From an uncultured Porphyromonadaceae bacterium (GTDB lineage: Bacteria; Bacteroidota; Bacteroidia; Bacteroidales; Muribaculaceae): a stretch of 64,000 nucleotides of DNA. Below are positions 27,711 through 37,500 of the stretch, one piece after another. A program made the position numbers and the translations under genes. Every line of letters begins with the position of its first letter. Positions within the stretch are counted from its first letter, which is position 1. The notes under the pieces were generated by a model. That model was not told the DNA's origin and did not search any database. It was given only the letters and a program-made list of their open reading frames with translations. The stretch covers positions 13,795 through 77,794 of the forward strand of contig CAMWXJ010000005.1 in assembly GCA_947178215.1 (NCBI GenBank), read 5' to 3'.

Positions 27711-28530
27711 CAAAGACCTCATACCACAATCCCACCTATGGACCCTCGGCCTCCTTATCGGACGCCGGAGTATTGACGCTGTGTTCTTTCCACCGGAACA
27801 CACCGACGACATCATCGTGCGCTCCATAACCCTTGACCCCGCCGCACCGTCGCATCTTAAAGCCATAGAGGAAGCGGTCTACGACAATCCCGCTCTCCTC
27901 AATCCCTACCGCGCCGTGTTCGCCCTTGTCGACGGCGACTGCTTCACCATACTTCCCGACGCACTCGGCGACAACTCGGCCGACCTCGCGGCAAAGGCAA
28001 TAGAGCTGACCTCGGGCAACCCCTCCTGCCCACGCATGTGCATCACCGGCATCCCCCTCGACGGCTGCGGCGCGACCCTGTATTTCGGCATGGAAGCAGA
28101 CCTCGCCGGCTTCCTGCGCCGAACCTTTTTCAACATATCCCTCGCCCACCCGCTCAAACCGCTCATTGAGAGCATGACCTCGCGCGAGGAGCCGTCTCCG
28201 GCAGTAGCGGTGTCATTGCACGACGGCCGTCTGACCCTCGTGTGCGCCGACGCGTCAGGACTGCGCGTCGCCAATATGTTCAGTTGTGCCGCCGTAGCCG
28301 ACGCAGCCTATTACACCCTCGCCGCGCGCAGAGCCGCCGCTTTCGACTCCGACGCACCTATACTCGTCGCCGCCGACCCGTCGGAGCGCGACGCTGTCAC
28401 GGCCATGATAGCGCAGGCCGACCCGCAGGCATCCACAGCCCCGCTTCCTCTCCCACCCTCACTGTGGCGTGCAGGCACCGCCATAGCCTCAGCGCCGCTG
28501 TCTTTACTCATCAATCACACCCGCTCATGA
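27703..28530 (+). CDS. DUF3822-like protein
   Basis: LKAIEEAVYDNPALLNPY, FLRRTFFNISLAHPL, LRVANMFSC...DAAYYTL. Position immediately before rsmD is typical of Bacteroidetes. Confidence 0.65.
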   Translation: MIDKDLIPQSHLWTLGLLIGRRSIDAVFFPPEHTDDIIVRSITLDPAAPSHLKAIEEAVYDNPALLNPYRAVFALVDGDCFTILPDALGDNSADLAAKAIELTSGNPSCPRMCITGIPLDGCGATLYFGMEADLAGFLRRTFFNISLAHPLKPLIESMTSREEPSPAVAVSLHDGRLTLVCADASGLRVANMFSCAAVADAAYYTLAARRAAAFDSDAPILVAADPSERDAVTAMIAQADPQASTAPLPLPPSLWRAGTAIASAPLSLLINHTRS

Positions 28531-29069
28531 GAATCATCCGAGGCAAATACGGCCACCGACGTTTCACGGTGCCGACAGCCATAACCGCCCGCCCCACAAC
28601 CGACTTCGCCCGCGAAAACATATTCAACGTCATCGAAAACATGATTGACATCGAGGGCATCAACGCACTCGACCTCTTCGCCGGAACCGGCGCAGTGTCG
28701 TTCGAGCTGCTGTCGCGAGGCGCTGCGTCGGTCACATCGGTTGAAAAGGCTCCGGTCCAGGGACGTTTCATCACCGATACCGCCCGCAAGCTCGGCGACA
28801 GCAATCTGCACCTTGTCCGCGGCGACGCGCTGCGCTACATCTCCGCCGCACCGCGCAAGTTTGACTTCATTTTCGCCGACCCGCCCTACGACATGGACGG
28901 CTTCGGGGATATACCCGGCAAAATCCTCGCCTCCGGACTCATCGCCCCCGGCGGCATCTTCATCATGGAGCACTCAGCCAAATACGACTTCTCGGCCCTC
29001 CCACATTTCCACTCCCACCGCGCCTACGGCTCCGTCAATTTCTCTATCTTCCGCCTACCCCCGGAATAA
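28527..29069 (+). CDS. rsmD: 16S rRNA (guanine966-N2)-methyltransferase RsmD
   Basis: MRIIRGKYG, RPTTDFARENIFN, LDLFAGTGAVSFE, FIFADPPY. Confidence 0.93.
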   Translation: MRIIRGKYGHRRFTVPTAITARPTTDFARENIFNVIENMIDIEGINALDLFAGTGAVSFELLSRGAASVTSVEKAPVQGRFITDTARKLGDSNLHLVRGDALRYISAAPRKFDFIFADPPYDMDGFGDIPGKILASGLIAPGGIFIMEHSAKYDFSALPHFHSHRAYGSVNFSIFRLPPE

Positions 29070-29137
29070 TCCACAAGCTGCAAAGCACAAATAGCAGGCG
29101 TTGCGGGGCAAGATTTGTGCATCTTCGGATTTTTGAC

Positions 29138-29145
29138 TATATTTG
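29138..29145 (+). promoter_or_regulatory. -7 promoter element for galK
   Basis: TATATTTG, with TTTG about 24 nt upstream. Confidence 0.6.
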
Positions 29146-29209
29146 CCATGTAATGCCCCGGCGAAATCGCCACTGGGGTAAAACAGACTATTATAACCCT
29201 CTACATATC

Positions 29210-30355
29210 ATGGAAATGAAAGAAAAAATCCAGAAGGCTTTCGCCGACAAGTTCGGCGGCAAGGGCATTCTGTTTGTAAGCCCCGGACGCTTTAACCTTA
29301 TCGGCGAACACACCGACTACAACGGCGGCTTCGTATTCCCCGGCGCCATCGACAAGCTAATCATGGCCGAGATTCGTCCCAACGGCACCGACCGCTGCCG
29401 CGTGTTCTCGATTGACATTGACGAATACGTAGAGTTCGGTCTGAAAGAGGAGGACGCTCCTTCGCAGCAGTGGGCCCGCTACATCTTCGGCGTATGCCGC
29501 GAAGTAATCAAGCGTGGCGGCAAGGTCGAGGGATTCGACGCCGTATTCGCCGGCAATGTGCCCCTCGGCGCCGGTCTCAGCTCGAGCGCCGCTCTCGAAA
29601 GCTGCTTCGCTTTCGCCCTCAACGACCTTTTCAACGACAACAAGTTCCCCAAAATGGAGCTTGCCAAGATAGGCCAGTCGACCGAACACAACTACTGCGG
29701 CGTAAACTGCGGCATAATGGACCAGTTTGCTTCCGTACACGGCAAGAAAGACCACCTCATGCGCCTCGACTGCCGCTCGGGCGAATTTGAATACTTCCCC
29801 TTCAAGCTCGACGGCTACCGCCTGGTGCTCGTCGACTCGCGCGTGAAGCACGAGCTCGTCGACTCACCCTACAACAAGCGCCGCGAGAGCTGCGAGCGCG
29901 TGGCCAAGACCCTCGGCGTAGAGACCCTGCGTGACGCCGACATGGAGATGCTCAACGCCGCCAAGGACAAAATCTCGGAAGAGGACTACCGTCGCGCCAA
30001 GTATGTGATTGAAGAGAAGCAGCGCGTGCTCGACGTGTGCGAGGCACTTCTGCGCCACGACTACGACAAGGTGGGCGACCGCATGTACCGCACCCACGAG
30101 GGCCTCTCGAAAGACTACGAGGTATCGTGTGAGGAGCTTGACTTCCTCAACGACATAGCCCGCGAGTGCGGCGTCACCGGCTCGCGCATCATGGGCGGCG
30201 GCTTCGGCGGCTGCACCGTCAACCTCGTCGCCGACGAGAAGTACGACACTTTCGTAGCCACCGCCATTGCCCGCTTCAACGAGAAGTATGGCCACGAACC
30301 CAAGATTTATCCCGTGATTGTGAGCGACGGCTCGCGCCGCTACGAGGAGCAGTAA
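29210..30355 (+). CDS. galK: Galactokinase
   Basis: SPGRFNLIGEHTDYNGG, VPLGAGLSSSAA, CGIMDQF, GSRIMGGGFGGCT. Start at ATG 29210. Confidence 0.96.
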   Translation: MEMKEKIQKAFADKFGGKGILFVSPGRFNLIGEHTDYNGGFVFPGAIDKLIMAEIRPNGTDRCRVFSIDIDEYVEFGLKEEDAPSQQWARYIFGVCREVIKRGGKVEGFDAVFAGNVPLGAGLSSSAALESCFAFALNDLFNDNKFPKMELAKIGQSTEHNYCGVNCGIMDQFASVHGKKDHLMRLDCRSGEFEYFPFKLDGYRLVLVDSRVKHELVDSPYNKRRESCERVAKTLGVETLRDADMEMLNAAKDKISEEDYRRAKYVIEEKQRVLDVCEALLRHDYDKVGDRMYRTHEGLSKDYEVSCEELDFLNDIARECGVTGSRIMGGGFGGCTVNLVADEKYDTFVATAIARFNEKYGHEPKIYPVIVSDGSRRYEEQ

Positions 30356-30417
30356 TCTCCCGGCCCACAACACGACAACAACAACCGTCATCCCCCCGAT
30401 AAACCACCCGACAGTCA

Positions 30418-31395
30418 ATGATTAAAGTAGGAATAGCCGGAGGCGCAAGCGACGCCGCAGGCGAAGTGGTGCGCATACTTATAAGCCATCCCGATGTGGA
30501 ATTAGTGTGGATTCATGAGCCTGAACTCGAAGGCACCCCCATAGCCGACATCCACCGCGGCTTGCGAGGCGACACCTATATGCGTTTCGCGGCTCATCCC
30601 GACTTATCCTCCATCAACTTGCTCATGCTCTGCTACTCCTCGCCCGAAGAGAGCGAGCGCTTCATGCGACGTTTCAGCGTGCCGGCCGACATGCGCGTCA
30701 TTGACTTCTCCGACAGGTTTATCGCCGAAGCCTTCAAGTCACACCCTTCGCCGGATGCTCCCGCGCATCCCGGCGAATGGGTCTTCGGGCTTCCGGAGCT
30801 CTACCGCAAGCCGCTCGTGCGCGGCGCCACACGCGCGATAGTGCCGTCGCCAATAGCTTCGGCCATAACGATTGGGCTGCTCCCGCTCGCCAAGGCCGGA
30901 CTGCTCAACGCCCCCGTCACGGTCGCCGCCACTGTATCGGCCAGTGAGGGAGCCGCCGGAGAGACAGTAGCCCTCATCGACCACGAGGCCGTGGACCACT
31001 GCCGCCTTGCTCTGGGCTCGCTTCTACCCGAGGGCGCGCCTGAGATTCCCGACTTCCGAGTACTCATCACCTCAGGTGGCTGGCAGCGCGGCATAGCCGC
31101 AACGGCATTTCTCGCCGCACCCGCCGCGCCAAGCGAGATAGCGCGCCTCTACGACGAGTTTTTCGACGACCACAACTTCACTTTTGTCATCGACGAGCTC
31201 CCGATACTCGCCGACGTCGCCGGCACCAACAAGACACTCATCCATCTCGACGAAGTGTCGGGCATGACCACCGTAACCGTAGTCATGGACGACAGCCTCA
31301 AAGGCTCGGCCGGCAACGCCGTGCACCTGATGAACCTCATCTTCGGCCTCCAGGAGCGCGTGGGCCTCACCCTCAAAGCCAGCCCGCTCGCCTGA
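30418..31395 (+). CDS. argC: Degenerate N-acetyl-gamma-glutamyl-phosphate reductase (ArgC-like; catalytic Cys absent)
   Basis: MIKVGIAGGAS..AGE, FGLPEL, GLLPLAK, RGIAAT, TNKTLIHL, LKGSAGNAVHLMNLIFG align with Bacteroides ArgC. NPGC is replaced by VPSP. Confidence 0.75.
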   Translation: MIKVGIAGGASDAAGEVVRILISHPDVELVWIHEPELEGTPIADIHRGLRGDTYMRFAAHPDLSSINLLMLCYSSPEESERFMRRFSVPADMRVIDFSDRFIAEAFKSHPSPDAPAHPGEWVFGLPELYRKPLVRGATRAIVPSPIASAITIGLLPLAKAGLLNAPVTVAATVSASEGAAGETVALIDHEAVDHCRLALGSLLPEGAPEIPDFRVLITSGGWQRGIAATAFLAAPAAPSEIARLYDEFFDDHNFTFVIDELPILADVAGTNKTLIHLDEVSGMTTVTVVMDDSLKGSAGNAVHLMNLIFGLQERVGLTLKASPLA

Positions 31396-31447
31396 CAATT
31401 GCTGTCGGCTACTGACGTCAGTTGCTCTGCCCACTTAATCATCACTC

Positions 31448-34417
31448 ATGCCCTTATTGACTCGACTTTCCGGACTTTTTCTCTTAACCATATCCCTACT
31501 TCCGCTTATCGGATATACGTCAACCGCAAAAGCCGCCGACCTTGAGAAATTCATGATCCGCGGACGTATTATGGACGAGAAATACCAGACTGTTGACAGC
31601 GTCGAGGTAAGCATCACGCTCAACGATACTGCAAAAGTACCGTTCAAGCTACTCGTCGGCAACGACGAAAAGCGCCTCGCCACGGGAGGACAACTCCGCG
31701 CCATGGTAAACGGAGGGATGGGCAACTATACTCTCACGCTCTACAAGGATGGCTTCGAGCCGCTGATGCGTGAGTTCAAGATAGCCTCGGTCAGCGAGGA
31801 CGTCAAGTATATCCCCGACCTCATCATGAAGCCCGAACGTTTTCGGCAGCTCGATGAAGTGACCGTGCAAGCCACACGAATCAAGATGGTGATGAAGGGC
31901 GACACCATAATCTACGATGCGGGAGCATTCAACCTGTCGGAAGGCTCGATGCTCGACGCCCTCGTACGTCAACTCCCGGGAGCGACACTATCGCCCGACG
32001 GAGTCATAGAAGTCAACGGACGCAAAATCAACGAGCTTCTTGTCAATGGCAAGGACTTCTTCAAGGGCGATCCTAAGGTAGCGCTCCAGAATCTACCGTC
32101 GTACACTGTCAAAAACCTGAAAGTCTACGACAAAGCTGACAAAGACGCCTACCTCACCCACTCTGACGCACGCCTCGACAAGCGCGAGGAGGACGAGAAT
32201 CTGGTGATGGATATCGTGCTGAAAAAAGAGTATGACACCGGTTGGCTCGCCAATGCCGAAGCCGGCTACGGCACTCACGATCTTTACCTCGGCAGGGCGT
32301 TCGGTCTCGGCTACACCGACAAGCTGCGTATCGGCGCGTTTGTCAATGGCAACAATACCGGCGACCACACCCAGGGAGGCACATCGGGCCAGTGGCGTGG
32401 AGCCTCAGCTACCGAAAACGGCCGTCAGGACATATTCATGACCGGCATCGACTACACATACGATGACAAGAAACGCATAGAAATGAACGGATCGGCGACA
32501 TACAACGACAACACCGACCGCAACTACGACATCGCAGCATCGACACGCTTCTTCCCCTCCGGCGATATCTTCGGCCGCAACGAAAGCCGTCGTCGCAGCC
32601 GTAGCCGCTCCTTCTCCACCGACCACTATCTCAGAATCAAAGGAGACAACGTTTATGCCTACATAATGCCGGCGTTCAACTGGAACCGCAACGACAACCG
32701 GTCATACGGTCGATCGGCCACATTCACGACGCCACCAGCCGAAACCTATCGCGGCGAGGCGCTCGACTCACTGTTTTCCTCGCGAGGTTCAATTAATTAT
32801 TCGCGCAACCTGCTCACAAAGTTGCTCAAGAATTCCGACGCGGCCTCCCGTGACCTCAGCGGACGTCTACATACCAATTTAACCATCCGCCCCGCCAAAT
32901 GGAAAGGTATGCTTCTTGTCGGCGTCAATGGCAACCTCCAGCGTTCCACCAACGATACTCGAACACTTTACGACCAGACGTATGGCCCGCAAAGCACAGC
33001 TGACAGCGAGCCGCTACGCTCATACAAATACAACCCGTCTGTAAAGCACTCCCGCAACATAGACGGCTCAGTCGAGTACCGCCGCGACATACGCCGCTTC
33101 GGCGAAAAACGCACTACCAACTTCTTGTATGCCATTAGAGCCAACTTCGCCCATTCCCACAACGATAACGACGACAAGCTATACTCCACCGACTCAATAG
33201 ACAATACAAGCACGCCTCCCTCGGCGATAAGCATCGAACGCATGATGCTCGACCGTGCCAACTCCCCTTATACATCTACATACAGCAATACCGGCTATGG
33301 CATCGTATGGCTCGGCTACGGGTCCGAGCCTACCGCGCCCGGCGACTCAACACTCAATCCGTCGTTCAACATTCACTTCAATCTCCAGTACCACCACAAC
33401 CACGAGAGCTACCTGCTCGACAAGCCCGAGATAACCCGTCAGCGACTCAGCCGCTCCACCGATTTCATGTTGCCGATGGTACAGATGTCGTTCAATTCCT
33501 CCAACCGCATACGCAACATCTTCTCCTATCTCTTCTATCAGCGCACGCCATCGGCACCCTCGCTCTCATATTTTGTCGACAATACCAATTCGAGTAATCC
33601 CCTCGACATATACACGGGCAATCCCGACGGCCTCGACAATTCAGTCAACCACATTATAGGATTCGGCATGGGACGCTATTCGCGCGGGGCCACCAACTCG
33701 ATGTTCAACCTCAACGGCAATTGGAACATCATGACCAACTCCGTGGCCTACGCCGTACGCTACAATCCACAGACGGGCGTATCGGTTCACACACCCGAAA
33801 ACATATCGGGCAACTGGAGCGCCAATTTGCAGGCAAGCTACTCCTGCTCATTCGGCTCACGCCGTCAGACCACCGTCAACCTCTCCATGTCGACCGACTT
33901 CACCAACTCGGCTGATTACACCGCCATCAATGCGACCCCGGTACGTAGTTCAGTGCTATCAGCCAACTATCGCCCGAGAGTATCTCTCAACTATACCCTC
34001 AAAAACGGCTCCTCGCTTGAAACCGGACTCACCACCGCAATCGGACATCAGCACTCGCAGCGCGAGAACTTCAACAACATGACATGGTATGAGTACTGGC
34101 CGTTTATCCGTGCCTTCCTCAAACTGCCGGCTGACATCGAGCTCAACACACAGTTCAATCCCTACTTCCGCCGCGGCTATGCCGACGACGTGATGAACAC
34201 CTCAGAATATGTGTGGAACGCGACACTGACCAAGAGCTTCAAGCGCCCTGCCATCGCTCTCAAACTCACCGCTGCCGACATCCTCGGCTCTGCCAAGCAT
34301 GTCTATACCTCGGTTGACGCACAAGGACGAGTCGAGACCTGGCGCCAGACCATGCCGCGCTACGTCATGCTCAGCGTCATTTACCGCCTCGACATGAAAC
34401 CCCGCAAAGAGCGCTGA
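31448..34417 (+). CDS. Outer membrane beta-barrel protein (TonB-receptor-like / OMP_b-brl_3 with N-terminal CarboxypepD-like domain)
   Basis: Signal peptide, LDEVTVQA, MKGDTIIYDAGAF, LVRQLPG, INELLVNGKDFF, alternating beta strands, C-terminal PRYVMLSVIYRL. Confidence 0.8.
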   Translation: MPLLTRLSGLFLLTISLLPLIGYTSTAKAADLEKFMIRGRIMDEKYQTVDSVEVSITLNDTAKVPFKLLVGNDEKRLATGGQLRAMVNGGMGNYTLTLYKDGFEPLMREFKIASVSEDVKYIPDLIMKPERFRQLDEVTVQATRIKMVMKGDTIIYDAGAFNLSEGSMLDALVRQLPGATLSPDGVIEVNGRKINELLVNGKDFFKGDPKVALQNLPSYTVKNLKVYDKADKDAYLTHSDARLDKREEDENLVMDIVLKKEYDTGWLANAEAGYGTHDLYLGRAFGLGYTDKLRIGAFVNGNNTGDHTQGGTSGQWRGASATENGRQDIFMTGIDYTYDDKKRIEMNGSATYNDNTDRNYDIAASTRFFPSGDIFGRNESRRRSRSRSFSTDHYLRIKGDNVYAYIMPAFNWNRNDNRSYGRSATFTTPPAETYRGEALDSLFSSRGSINYSRNLLTKLLKNSDAASRDLSGRLHTNLTIRPAKWKGMLLVGVNGNLQRSTNDTRTLYDQTYGPQSTADSEPLRSYKYNPSVKHSRNIDGSVEYRRDIRRFGEKRTTNFLYAIRANFAHSHNDNDDKLYSTDSIDNTSTPPSAISIERMMLDRANSPYTSTYSNTGYGIVWLGYGSEPTAPGDSTLNPSFNIHFNLQYHHNHESYLLDKPEITRQRLSRSTDFMLPMVQMSFNSSNRIRNIFSYLFYQRTPSAPSLSYFVDNTNSSNPLDIYTGNPDGLDNSVNHIIGFGMGRYSRGATNSMFNLNGNWNIMTNSVAYAVRYNPQTGVSVHTPENISGNWSANLQASYSCSFGSRRQTTVNLSMSTDFTNSADYTAINATPVRSSVLSANYRPRVSLNYTLKNGSSLETGLTTAIGHQHSQRENFNNMTWYEYWPFIRAFLKLPADIELNTQFNPYFRRGYADDVMNTSEYVWNATLTKSFKRPAIALKLTAADILGSAKHVYTSVDAQGRVETWRQTMPRYVMLSVIYRLDMKPRKER

Positions 34418-34517
34418 CCCGACCATCTTACGCATACCAAATGCTGACAGATTACAGTTATTTCGCGGGCGCGCGTATAATAAACCCGCTTACGACTCGT
34501 TAAAAAAATGGCGTCAA

Positions 34518-37500
34518 ATGCTATCGGGCGCCACTTTTTTAGTGAGCCGTTTCATTATCACCCACATAAACCGTCTTATCAAGTGCTTGCCACCCCTCCG
34601 GCCGGGGGTTGGGGGCACTGTGATTCTGCTTATGATGATGTGCGGCATCGCAGCCATGGCCCAGTCAGTGCTACCGCTCCCCACCTTCATAGGGCCGCCC
34701 CCGGTAAGCCTCGGCTCCAACAGCCTCACGGCCGGGGCCGACAGCATCATGCTCCCGTTCCCGATACGCCAGGCCTTTCCGCAGACCTACGAGGATATGA
34801 TTGCCGACGAGTTTGCCGCCGACCTCGACAACCCAAAAAACATACGCACGGTAGTGGAATATGACCCCTCGACCGGGTGCTATCTGCTGAGCACCAAGCT
34901 TGGCGACACCACCGTCTACACCCCCATACTCCTCACTCCGGCGCAATACAACGCCTGGCAGACCCGCAAAGAAATGGGCGCATATTACCGGCGTCGCAAC
35001 TCCGCGTTTCTCACCGGCGACGATGACGGTGCCGGCCGCCAGCCGTTCAACGTGCTCGACATGAGCTTCGCACTTGGCCCCCTCGAAAAGATTTTCGGTC
35101 CGGGAGGACTGGCGCTGCGCACACAGGGCTCGGTGCAGATTGACATGGGCATCAAGAGCAATTTCACCGACAACCCGGCGCTGTCGCTCACCTCGCGGCG
35201 AAAGACATATTTCGATTTCGACCAGAAAATTCAGGCCAACGTGCAGGCATCGGTAGGCGACCGCCTCAACTTCAACCTCAACTACAACACCGACGCCACA
35301 TTCGCTTTCGACTCCAAGAACCTGAAACTGCAATATGAGGGCAAGGAAGACGACATAGTGAAGAGCATAGAAGCGGGCAACGTCAGCCTCACTACCGGCT
35401 CGTCGCTCATACGCGGCTCGGCGGCGCTGTTTGGCGTCAAGTCTAAACTGCAATTCGGCAAGCTCACCGCAACGGCACTTGTGAGCCAGCAGAACTCCGT
35501 CACCCGGTCAGTCAACACCAAAGGCGGCGTGCAGACGACACCTTTCTCGATTAATGCCGACAACTATCAGGCCAACAGCTATTTCTTTCTCTCGCAATGG
35601 TTCCGCGACAACTACGACAGCTTTGCGGCGCGCCTGCCCTACGTTAGCTCAGGCGTGCAGATAACACGCATCGAGGTATGGGTCACCAACAAGAACAGCA
35701 CCTACAATCAAAGCCGCAACCTCGTGGCATTCATGGACCTCGGCGAAGCGTCGCACCTCGCGTCAGACTACTGGGTGCCCGACCATGCACTGCTCAATCC
35801 TGCCAACCGCAGCAACAATCTGCTCGACGTAATCAAGAGCGACTATCCCGGCGCCCGCAACATAAACACCGTGACACAGGCCCTCGCACCGCTCGCGGCA
35901 TTCGGCATCGAGGGTGGCCGCGCCTTTGAAAAGGTTGAGAGCGCCCGCCTGCTGTCGGCCAACGAATATACCCTCAACACCACTCTCGGCTACATATCGC
36001 TACGAAACCGCCTCAACGCCGACCAGGTACTCGCCGTTGCTTTTGAGTACACCTACCGAGGCCAGGTGTATCAGGTGGGCGAGTTCTCGGCCGACATCAC
36101 TTCTACCGACCAGTCGCTCTATGTCAAGATGCTCAAAAGCACCACACAGGAGCCGCGGCTGCCCATGTGGCGCCTAATGATGAAAAACGTGTATCCGCTC
36201 GGAGCCACCAACATCCAGCGCAACAACTTCAAGCTCAACATCAAATATCTATCCGACACCACGGGGACGGAGATAAGCTACCTCCCGGTGACAGGGCTCT
36301 ACGACAAGACGCTGCTTCAAGTCATGAACCTCGACCGCCTCGACTCCAACCAAGAAAGCAACTCCGACGGCTTTTTCGACTTCATCGAGGGCTACACCAT
36401 TGACGCCGACCGCGGCATGATTATCTTCCCTGTGGCCGAACCGTTCGGCTCGCATCTCGCCAAGGCCATCGGCAATCCGGCTATCGCCGGGAAATATACC
36501 TACACCGAGCTTTACGACTCCACGCTGACCGTGGCGCGACAGTATGCCGACAAGAACAAGTTCATGCTCACGGGCGAGTATCAGGCAAGCTCAGGCAGCC
36601 GCATATCGCTCGGGGCTTACAATGTGCCTCGCGGCTCGGTGGTGGTAATGGCCGGAGGCGTGCGCCTCACCGAAAACAGCGACTACACCGTAGACTATGC
36701 CATGGGCTATGTCACCATCACCAACCAGAGTATTCTCGACTCGGGGCAAAACGTGTCGGTTACACTTGAAGACCAGAGCGACCTCTTCGCCACACAGCGC
36801 AAGAGCCTCGTAGGCCTCGACCTCAACTATGCTTTCAACAGAAATTTCAATCTCGGCGCAACACTCCTCCACTACGGCGAGAAAGCTCTCATCGAAAAAG
36901 TCAACATAGGCGACGAGACCGTCAACAACACCATGCTCGGCGCCAACTTCGGCTACTCCACCGAGTTCCTGTGGCTCACCAGTCTGCTCAACAAGATACC
37001 TACGGTCAACGCTACCGCACCGTCTCGCATTGCCCTCCAAGGCGAGATAGCGCGCCTCATACCGGCGAGGCAGCGCACCGGAAGCAACAAAGGCAGCTCA
37101 TATATCGACGACTTCGAGACGGCGCAGCGAGGGCTCGACCTCCGCAGCCCCTACAACTGGTTTCTCGCGTCAACGCCCTACGACCCGTCGGGCGATGCAC
37201 TCTTCCCCGAAGCGGCGCTGAGCAACAACGTCGCCTACGGACGCAACCGCGCCCTGCTCAACTGGTACTACATCGACCGCCTATTCACCAACCGCAACTC
37301 ATCGCTCGCACCGGGATATATCAAAAGCGACCTCAAACAGCTCTCCAACCCCTATGTGCGCGAGGTCAAGACCTACGAGATATTTCCCGGCCGCCAACAG
37401 ACCTATGGCGAAAGCAACATAATACAGACCCTCAATCTCAGCTTCTACCCCACGGAGCGCGGACCATACAACCTCGACGCCACGGATATTGACGACGAAG

